Origin: a virus
IMG/VR virus record: IMGVR_UViG_3300022074_000004
DNA length: 64,000 nucleotides
Reading direction: 5' to 3' (one strand)
Within the stretch, counting starts at the first letter, position 1. Every line of letters begins with the position of its first letter. Shown in pieces: positions 57,198 to 64,000 of the stretch. Under the pieces are notes generated by a model, which searched no databases, was not told the origin of the DNA, and saw only the letters and a program-made list of their open reading frames with translations. A program made the translations under genes and the position numbers.

Positions 57198-57374
57198 ATG
57201 GATGAGCTATTAGATATGATTTCACGGGACGAGTCACCATCCCAAGTGAGCGATTCTATTAAAGAGCTTTTATTCCAAAAAGCAACTCAAAGGGTTGACG
57301 CATTCCAACCAATGGTAGCAAAAACTGCTTTTGATTTAGAGGCAGAGCAAGAGGAGGAAGCTGGAGATGAATAG
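57198..57374 (+). CDS. small acidic prohead-core-like protein (absent from ORF track)
   Basis: MDELLDMI...EEEAGDE*; lies between gp20 and gp21. Confidence 0.75.
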   Translation: MDELLDMISRDESPSQVSDSIKELLFQKATQRVDAFQPMVAKTAFDLEAEQEEEAGDE

Positions 57375-57627
57375 AACTTTACTAATTGGAGATGAGTCTC
57401 CAATCCCAACACTAAGTACTTCTGCCAGTACTTTTGATTCAGCTACTGTTGTTAGAGTGGTTAACTCCACTGCTACAGCAGAAACTTTGACAATGATTAA
57501 TGATGATGCGGAATCCGTATCCATTACTATCATGCCAAACTCTATTGAGTTTATTGAAAAGAAGCCAACCTATACTATTTGGTGCAGTGCATCACTGCGA
57601 GGAGCAAAAGTAGGATTTACAAATTAA
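57367..57627 (+). CDS. conserved hypothetical protein
   Basis: 86 aa; ends GAKVGFTN. Confidence 0.8.
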   Translation: MNRTLLIGDESPIPTLSTSASTFDSATVVRVVNSTATAETLTMINDDAESVSITIMPNSIEFIEKKPTYTIWCSASLRGAKVGFTN

Positions 57628-57631
57628 GAAA

Positions 57632-58282
57632 ATGAAACTAATTAGGGAAGAGATAGAGAACGTAGAAGTCATTACAGAAAATGTAAATGGCAAAAAAACA
57701 CTCTTTATTCAAGGTCCATTCCTGCAGACAGAGATGAAAAATAGGAATGGAAGAATGTACAGAATGAATGTAATGGAACCAGAAGTTGGTCGTTACACCG
57801 AGTCTTACATTAATAGAGGTCGTGCTTTAGGCGAATTGGGTCACCCAGATGGTCCAACTATCAATCTCGATAGAGTTTCGCATAAAATCGTAAGTCTTCA
57901 TAGAGAAGGAAATAATTTTATTGGAAAAGCACAAATCCTCTCTACACCAATGGGGAAAATTACAGAGTCTTTATTAAAAGATGGTGTTACCCTTGGCGTC
58001 TCTTCTCGTGGTATTGGTTCATTAAGAGAAACAAAAGATGGATATAAAGAAGTTGGTGAAGATTTCCAGTTAGCAACAGCTGCTGATATTGTTGCTGATC
58101 CTTCTGCGCCAGATGCTTTTGTTAATGGCATTATGGAAGGGAGAGAATGGGTTTGGGAAGGTGGTATCCTTCGGGAACAACTCGCAGAAAAAACTAAAAA
58201 AAGAATAAATACATTAGTTGATCAAAGATCGCTTGAAGAACATAAATTAAGTCTTTTTGAAGATTTTATATCAAAACTTTAA
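57632..58282 (+). CDS. gp21: prohead protease
   Basis: NRNGRMY, ALGELGHP, GVSSRGIGS, DIVADPSAPDAFV. Confidence 0.97.
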   Translation: MKLIREEIENVEVITENVNGKKTLFIQGPFLQTEMKNRNGRMYRMNVMEPEVGRYTESYINRGRALGELGHPDGPTINLDRVSHKIVSLHREGNNFIGKAQILSTPMGKITESLLKDGVTLGVSSRGIGSLRETKDGYKEVGEDFQLATAADIVADPSAPDAFVNGIMEGREWVWEGGILREQLAEKTKKRINTLVDQRSLEEHKLSLFEDFISKL

Positions 58283-58290
58283 ATTACTAA

Positions 58291-58297
58291 ATAAATA
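58291..58297 (+). promoter_or_regulatory. late promoter
   Basis: ATAAATA. Confidence 0.7.
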
Positions 58298-58331
58298 TAG
58301 ATTATTCAAAGGTTAAATTGGGAGAATAAAC

Positions 58332-59522
58332 ATGTCCAGTGGAGATCTACAAGAAATGGAAGTAAGCACAAAGCAGTCTAAGACTGCTGTAAATGCTGGT
58401 GCAAAACCTGCTGAACCAATGCCAAAAATGGCCGACCCAGGAACTCAACTTGGTGCTATTGAAGATCTCGGTGGTCCTACCCCCGAGAACTATAAGCCCG
58501 ATAACGATTCCGCCAAGTTCAAGGATCCTTCAGCTACCTTGAAACAGGTGAAGGATATAATCACAAAGGGTGCAAAAGCTGCAGACCCAATGCCAACCTT
58601 GGATAAGAAAAATGCTCTACCTGAAGAGGTAGAATCTGAAGAAACCGAAGTCGAAGCAGAAGCTTCTCAGGAAGTTGTTTCAGAAGATGAGCTTGACGAG
58701 GGCTCATGTGGAAGCAAGCCAAAGAAGAAGAAAGCTGCCTACGAAGAAACTGAAGAAGAAGGTGAAGAAGTTTCTGAGGAAGAAGAAATCACTGTCGAAT
58801 ATAGCGTTGAAGAAGATGTCAATGCATTGTTTGAGGGTGAGGAACTATCAGAAGAATTCCAAGATAAAGCAAAAACAATTTTTGAAACTGCAATCAACGC
58901 TAAGCTCGATCAACTGAACGAGCAGCTGACTCAGAAGTATGAGGAAGCATTTGAAGAAGAAGTTGCAGAAATGAAGAGTGCGCTCACTGAAAGAGTGGAC
59001 TCCTACCTTGAGTACGTTGCTGATGAATGGTTCACTGAGAACATGATCAGCATCGAAAAAGGTCTGAAGATTGACATGACTGAGAGTTTCCTCTCAGGCA
59101 TGAAGGATCTTTTTGAAGCACATTATGTAGAAATCCCTGAAGATAAATATGATGTTCTCCATAGCATGACAAATAAACTTGATGAAATGGAAAGTAAACT
59201 CAACGAGCAGATTGAGAAAAACGTTTCCCTGAATGCACGTCTCTCCGAGTCTGTTGCTGATGGAATCGTAGATCAAGTCTCTGAAGGTCTTGCACAGACA
59301 CAGAAAGAGAAGCTCGCCTCACTTGCCGAAAGTGTAGAGTTTGAAAGTGAAACCCAATATCGTGAAAAGTTGGAGACTTTAAAGGAAGCATATTTTGCAC
59401 CTAAGAAACAGTCTACAGCTACAACAACTGAAACCCTGTCAGAAGGCGTAAGCAATGATCACCAGCAATATTCTGGATCGATGAGTGCATATGTCAGAGC
59501 ACTGGGAAGCACAGTTAAATAA
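58332..59522 (+). CDS. gp22: prohead core scaffold
   Basis: acidic coiled coil, VDSYLEYVADEW; synteny. Confidence 0.93.
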   Translation: MSSGDLQEMEVSTKQSKTAVNAGAKPAEPMPKMADPGTQLGAIEDLGGPTPENYKPDNDSAKFKDPSATLKQVKDIITKGAKAADPMPTLDKKNALPEEVESEETEVEAEASQEVVSEDELDEGSCGSKPKKKKAAYEETEEEGEEVSEEEEITVEYSVEEDVNALFEGEELSEEFQDKAKTIFETAINAKLDQLNEQLTQKYEEAFEEEVAEMKSALTERVDSYLEYVADEWFTENMISIEKGLKIDMTESFLSGMKDLFEAHYVEIPEDKYDVLHSMTNKLDEMESKLNEQIEKNVSLNARLSESVADGIVDQVSEGLAQTQKEKLASLAESVEFESETQYREKLETLKEAYFAPKKQSTATTTETLSEGVSNDHQQYSGSMSAYVRALGSTVK

Positions 59523-59575
59523 CTGAAACTGATTTATTAAATCAAACCGTAAACGTCACACAAAGGTAAACGCAA

Positions 59576-61051
59576 ATGTTCCACTCAGAGCATCTGCAGG
59601 AAAAGTGGGCACCTCTCCTCAACCATGAGGGTCTTGATCCTATCCAGGATTCCCACCGTAAGGCAGTTACTGCCGTCCTGCTCGAAAACCAAGAAAAATT
59701 CCTCCGTGAGCAAAGTGCATTCGAAAATGGCACTACAATGCTTACAGAAACACCAAATATGCACACCAATAGCGGTGCATCTGGTTCACCTGCTGGTTTC
59801 TCAGGTACTGCTGCTGCAGCAGGTCCTGTCGCAGGTTTCGATCCAGTTCTGATCTCCCTGATCAGACGCTCTATGCCTAACCTGGTCGCTTATGACCTCG
59901 CAGGCGTTCAACCAATGAATGGTCCTACCGGACTGATCTTCGCAATGCGTTCGCGCTACGAAAATCAGGCTGGAGCGGAGACATTCTTCGACGAAGTCGA
60001 TTCAGCATTCTCTGGACAAGATGCTGGTGGCGACATCACCCAAGGTAACTATGTTGATGGTTCCAGTGGTGCTGCTGCTGGTTTTGGTGCTGCTGCACAA
60101 GCAGGATCCAACCCTAACGTCCTGAACCCAGTTGGCGCTGACGAAGCTGCACAAAATGCACAGCAGCTTCAGTATAAAGTTGGTCAGGGTATGCAAACTG
60201 CAGATTCTGAGGCACTCGGAAGCGCAGCTGGCGATCACTTCAACCAGATGGCATTCTCAATCGAGAAGGTCACTGTAACCGCTAAGTCCAGAGCACTGAA
60301 GGCAGAATACAGCCTTGAGCTTGCACAGGATCTGAAGGCAATTCATGGCCTGAATGCAGAAGCTGAGTTGGCAAACATTCTGTCAACTGAGATTCTTTCT
60401 GAAATCAACCGTGAAGTCATCAGAACTCTGTACAAGGTTGCTGAACCTGGCGCACAGCACAACGTTGCAACCGCTGGTCTGTTTGACCTCGATGTTGACT
60501 CCAACGGTCGTTGGTCTGTTGAGAAGTTCAAGGGTCTTCTGTTCCAGATGGAGCGTGATGCAAACGCAATCGCACAAAGAACACGTCGCGGAAAGGGCAA
60601 CATCGTCATGTGCTCAGCAGACGTTGCTTCTGCACTGACCATGGCTGGTGTACTCGATTACACCCCTGCTCTGAATGCAAACCTGAACGTTGATGACACC
60701 GGCAACACCTTCGCAGGTACACTGCAAGGCAAGTATCGCGTATACATCGATCCTTATTCAGGTGGTTCAAACCCAGGATCCAATGGTGCTCAGTACTATG
60801 TCATGGGTTATAAGGGTTCTTCACCTTATGATGCTGGCATGTTCTACTGCCCATATGTACCTCTGCAGATGGTACGTGCAGTTGGAGAGAACACCTTCCA
60901 GCCTAAGATCGGCTTTAAGACCCGTTACGGTCTGGTAGCTAACCCATTCGCTGAAGGTCCAGATACCGCTAACGGCGCACAAGGTCTTGGAAGACTGACA
61001 ATGAACTCCAACCGTTACTACAGACGTGTAATGGTTAAGAACCTTATGTGA
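59576..61051 (+). CDS. gp23: major capsid protein
   Basis: GVQPMNGPTGLIFAMR, ELAQDLKAIHG, FQPKIGFKTRYG. Confidence 0.99.
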   Translation: MFHSEHLQEKWAPLLNHEGLDPIQDSHRKAVTAVLLENQEKFLREQSAFENGTTMLTETPNMHTNSGASGSPAGFSGTAAAAGPVAGFDPVLISLIRRSMPNLVAYDLAGVQPMNGPTGLIFAMRSRYENQAGAETFFDEVDSAFSGQDAGGDITQGNYVDGSSGAAAGFGAAAQAGSNPNVLNPVGADEAAQNAQQLQYKVGQGMQTADSEALGSAAGDHFNQMAFSIEKVTVTAKSRALKAEYSLELAQDLKAIHGLNAEAELANILSTEILSEINREVIRTLYKVAEPGAQHNVATAGLFDLDVDSNGRWSVEKFKGLLFQMERDANAIAQRTRRGKGNIVMCSADVASALTMAGVLDYTPALNANLNVDDTGNTFAGTLQGKYRVYIDPYSGGSNPGSNGAQYYVMGYKGSSPYDAGMFYCPYVPLQMVRAVGENTFQPKIGFKTRYGLVANPFAEGPDTANGAQGLGRLTMNSNRYYRRVMVKNLM

Positions 61052-61083
61052 TATAATATAAGTTCCGTGTGAAGGAAGTGTCT

Positions 61084-61110
61084 GAGGGTCTTTCGAGACC
61101 CTCTTTTTTT
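61084..61110 (+). terminator. rho-independent terminator
   Basis: GAGGGTC-TTTCGA-GACCCTC + T7. Confidence 0.92.
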
Positions 61111-61114
61111 ATCC

Positions 61115-61121
61115 ATAAATA
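61115..61121 (+). promoter_or_regulatory. late promoter
   Basis: ATAAATA 9 nt before the gp3 ATG. Confidence 0.65.
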
Positions 61122-61130
61122 TTCAATAAA

Positions 61131-61685
61131 ATGGCAAATTTTGCAAGACAAATTGAAAATAGAAATTTTTTGTCTCCGATAGGATTCAAGTTTACTTTGA
61201 CTAGAGCTCCAAAGTCATCATATTTTTGTAACAAAGCAAATATTCCCGAGTTGGTTTTGGGAACAACTGCTCAACCAAACTACTTCAGACCAATTCCACA
61301 ACCAGGTGAAATAATTGAGTTTGGTGATTTGACAATAACATTCTTAGTAGATGAAAATTTAGAAAATTATATGGAAATCCAAAATTGGATACGTGGTTTA
61401 GGATTTCCGGAAAGGGGTTCTGAGTTTGGAGAATTATTAGATGGAGGAGTAGTTCCAGTTGGAGATCCTACAGACCCTCAAAACATATATTCTGATGGAA
61501 CTCTTCAAGTGCTGGGTAGCAATTTTACTCCAAAATTTGAAGTATACTTCAATGATTTATTTCCATATAGGTTGACTACACTCGATTTTGATGCTACAAG
61601 TACGGATGTAGACTACTTTACAGCAGAGGTAGGTTTCAAGTATACTATGTACAAGATATGTAATGAAAAGGGCGAATACTTATGA
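61131..61685 (+). CDS. gp3: tail tube terminator/completion protein
   Basis: NFLSPIGFKF, FLVDENLENY.EI.NW; synteny. Confidence 0.88.
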   Translation: MANFARQIENRNFLSPIGFKFTLTRAPKSSYFCNKANIPELVLGTTAQPNYFRPIPQPGEIIEFGDLTITFLVDENLENYMEIQNWIRGLGFPERGSEFGELLDGGVVPVGDPTDPQNIYSDGTLQVLGSNFTPKFEVYFNDLFPYRLTTLDFDATSTDVDYFTAEVGFKYTMYKICNEKGEYL

Positions 61686-62164
61686 TCGGATTTGAGAATG
61701 AAATTGTTATTGAAGTTGATAAGGGTGCGATTAATCTTGAGGTAGTCCAAAAAATGTGGGAAAAAGATTCCGAACTTGATATGGACAATCTACATCAGGA
61801 AGCAATTAATACATCCAGGTTACATGCAAAATATTATGAATTATATAATATGACAAAATTATTGAAAGAGAGGGCTGAGCAGGTAAGAAAAAACATTAGA
61901 CATCAAAGATATGAATTTTATTCCGGGAAAGCAGATCCTGAAATCTATCAAGAAAATCCTTTTCCCAAAAAGATTAGGGATAAAGAAACTATGCAAAAGT
62001 ATCTGGATGCAGATCAGGAACTCACAAGATTTTCGTTAAAGATTAAGTATTACGATATAATTTTAGATTATATAGATAATATACTGAACAAAATGATTGC
62101 TAATAGATCTTACCAGATTCGAGCCGCAATTGATTTCATGAAATTTAACTCAGGGTTGGGATAA
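61682..62164 (+). CDS. uvsY: recombination mediator
   Basis: LHAKYY, YLDAD, NRSYQIRAAIDFMKF. Confidence 0.9.
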   Translation: MIGFENEIVIEVDKGAINLEVVQKMWEKDSELDMDNLHQEAINTSRLHAKYYELYNMTKLLKERAEQVRKNIRHQRYEFYSGKADPEIYQENPFPKKIRDKETMQKYLDADQELTRFSLKIKYYDIILDYIDNILNKMIANRSYQIRAAIDFMKFNSGLG

Positions 62165-62376
62165 TGGAAGACGAATTTTTTGAGGAAGAATTTGAAACAG
62201 CATATCAATTAGAAGTCGGTATAGACGATATATATTTGATGTATCACTGTGTTCAAGAAACAATTAAAAATTGGCCAGGAGCTCCTGCTAGGCCAGTTGA
62301 AGAACAACAACATCTTTGGGATTTGAGAGATAATCTTTATCGATGTATTTTGGATCATAAGTTTCACGAAATGTGA
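62164..62376 (+). CDS. hypothetical protein
   Basis: 70 aa; WPGAPARP.EEQ. Confidence 0.75.
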   Translation: MEDEFFEEEFETAYQLEVGIDDIYLMYHCVQETIKNWPGAPARPVEEQQHLWDLRDNLYRCILDHKFHEM

Positions 62377-62382
62377 TAAATA
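62376..62382 (+). promoter_or_regulatory. late promoter
   Basis: ATAAATA before uvsW. Confidence 0.65.
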
Positions 62383-62403
62383 ATCATAGATGATTATACG
62401 TTT

Positions 62404-63891
62404 GTGATTGATACGACAGCAAATCTTATTATATCCAAATCCAACGAAGTTTTTTTAAAAGTAAAAACAGAACCTCACATTGAATATGAGCTAAGAGATC
62501 ATTTTACTTTTGAAGTTCCGAATGCAAAGTTCATGCCACAGTATCGTGGCAAAAATTGGAATGGAGAAATACATTTATTTGATATGAGATCAAAACAGAT
62601 CTATGTTGGTCTGTTAGATAAGATTGTGCAGTTTTGTGATAATTATAATTACACGTATAAATTTGAAGATAATAAATTTTACGGAGCTCCATATGAAGAG
62701 AATGAAGACATCACGTATGAAGGTGTCAAAGGATATATGGAAGCAATTACTCGCTATAGTCCAAGGAAGTATCAGGTCGAGGGAGTATATGGTGCGCTAA
62801 AACATAACAGGAAATTATTGATAAGCCCAACTGCTTCTGGAAAATCTCTGATGATTTACTCAATCGTGAGATACTATCATTCTCAAGGCGAAAAAATATT
62901 GCTAGTTCTACCAACGACATCTTTAGTAGAGCAGTTATATAAGGATTTTGAGGATTATGGATGGGATTCGGAAGCATACTGTCACAAAATATATTCAGGT
63001 AGAGAAAAAAGTAATGATATGCCAGTTACAATTACAACGTGGCAATCTATTTACAAGTTGGATAGATCTTTTTTTGAAGATTATAATGTCATTATAGGTG
63101 ATGAAGCTCATTTATTCAAGAGCAAGTCTCTTATACAAATTATGACTAAATTACACCATGCAAAGTATAGATTTGGGTTCACAGGTACTTTAGACGGCAC
63201 ACAGACGCACAAGTGGGTCTTAGAGGGCTTGTTTGGACCGTCATATAAAGTAACAAAAACAGAAGAGTTGATGAGGAAGGGTCATCTTGCTCAACTTGAT
63301 ATTCAGTGCCTTGTCCTAAAACATGAAGGAAAAAATTTTAACAGCTATGAAGATGAAATTCAATATTTAATATCTCATGAACAAAGAAATGCATTTATAA
63401 AAAACTTGACACTAGATCTAAAAGGAAATACTTTAGTTCTCTTTCAAAGAGTAGAATCTCATGGATCTATATTATACGAAAAGATAAATAAAGATAAGCG
63501 AGATGAGCATAAAGTATTTTTTGTACATGGCGGAGTGGATACTGAAGAAAGAGAATTAGTTCGTGAAATTACTGAAAGGGAAAATCACGCAATTATTGTA
63601 GCATCATATGGAACTTTTTCAACAGGGATCAATATAAAAAATCTTCATAATGTGATATTTGCATCTCCATCAAAGTCTAGAATTAGAAATTTGCAATCGA
63701 TTGGTAGAGTTCTTAGGAAGTCTAGCAATAAATCTAAAGCAATTCTTTATGATATCGGAGATGATATAAGAAAGGGATCTAAAAATAATTATACTCTTAA
63801 TCACTTAATAGAGAGAATAAAAATATATAATGAAGAAAAATTTAATTATGAAATAGTCACAATTCAACTTAGAAAAGGAGATTCCATGTGA
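62404..63891 (+). CDS. uvsW: UvsW RNA-DNA/DNA helicase
   Basis: SPTASGKS, GDEAH, TGT, LQSIGRVLR; synteny with uvsY. Confidence 0.96.
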   Translation: MIDTTANLIISKSNEVFLKVKTEPHIEYELRDHFTFEVPNAKFMPQYRGKNWNGEIHLFDMRSKQIYVGLLDKIVQFCDNYNYTYKFEDNKFYGAPYEENEDITYEGVKGYMEAITRYSPRKYQVEGVYGALKHNRKLLISPTASGKSLMIYSIVRYYHSQGEKILLVLPTTSLVEQLYKDFEDYGWDSEAYCHKIYSGREKSNDMPVTITTWQSIYKLDRSFFEDYNVIIGDEAHLFKSKSLIQIMTKLHHAKYRFGFTGTLDGTQTHKWVLEGLFGPSYKVTKTEELMRKGHLAQLDIQCLVLKHEGKNFNSYEDEIQYLISHEQRNAFIKNLTLDLKGNTLVLFQRVESHGSILYEKINKDKRDEHKVFFVHGGVDTEERELVREITERENHAIIVASYGTFSTGINIKNLHNVIFASPSKSRIRNLQSIGRVLRKSSNKSKAILYDIGDDIRKGSKNNYTLNHLIERIKIYNEEKFNYEIVTIQLRKGDSM

Positions 63892-64000
63892 TAGAAGAAG
63901 ACTTTTATGCTGTCATTAAACTTAAAACAGGAGAGGAAGTATTTGCAAAGGTTGCTGCCTCAGAAGAAGATGATAGAATATTTTTAATATTATCAAATCC
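63888..64000 (+). CDS. conserved hypothetical protein, truncated by the window end
   Basis: GTGA coupling, AGGAG RBS; DFYAVIKLKTGEEVFAKV. Confidence 0.75.
   Translation, partial: MIEEDFYAVIKLKTGEEVFAKVAASEEDDRIFLILSN

Noticed and set aside
18214-62977. Numerous short minus-strand and alternate-frame ORFs inside structural genes
   Set aside because: Shadows of well-supported + strand genes with no motifs or expression signals
50275-63891. Inteins, introns or homing endonucleases in gp17, gp20, gp23 or uvsW
   Set aside because: Lengths and motifs are continuous; the Zn-finger ORF at 52121 lacks a nuclease domain
1-64000. tRNA/rRNA genes, integrase/transposase, reverse transcriptase or photosynthesis genes such as psbA and hli
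   Set aside because: No recognisable signatures seen by eye; tRNAscan-SE and HMM searches would be needed to exclude them formally

Overview
Segment of a T4-like cyanobacterial myovirus (Synechococcus/Prochlorococcus-type) genome; every supportable gene is on the + strand. (1) 1-17.3 kb is an accessory/early region of about 45 small ORFs, an SF2 helicase, a ligase-like KxDG protein and a DUF932-like protein. Its promoters are of two kinds: canonical sigma70, and a non-canonical class with a 20-bp palindrome a fixed ~31 nt upstream of the -10 box. It also holds a strand-biased GTCAYCTTCA repeat array and a largely non-coding hub (13.6-16.2 kb). The hub contains an orphan small transcript, an AT-rich tract with DnaA-box-like repeats, three tandem palindrome pairs and three copies of a ~65-nt structured element with compensatory base changes. 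(2) 17.6-64 kb is the conserved late/structural block: glycosyltransferase, gp25, gp6, giant gp7, an inserted sulfotransferase/fibre/S8-protease module, gp8, VrlC-like, gp13-gp23, gp3, uvsY and uvsW, punctuated by ATAAATA late promoters. The best candidate for an undescribed system is the palindrome + structured-element + repeat architecture at 13.6-16.2 kb, which may be an RNA-primed origin or an early regulatory hub. All family assignments come from motif recognition and synteny, not database searches.
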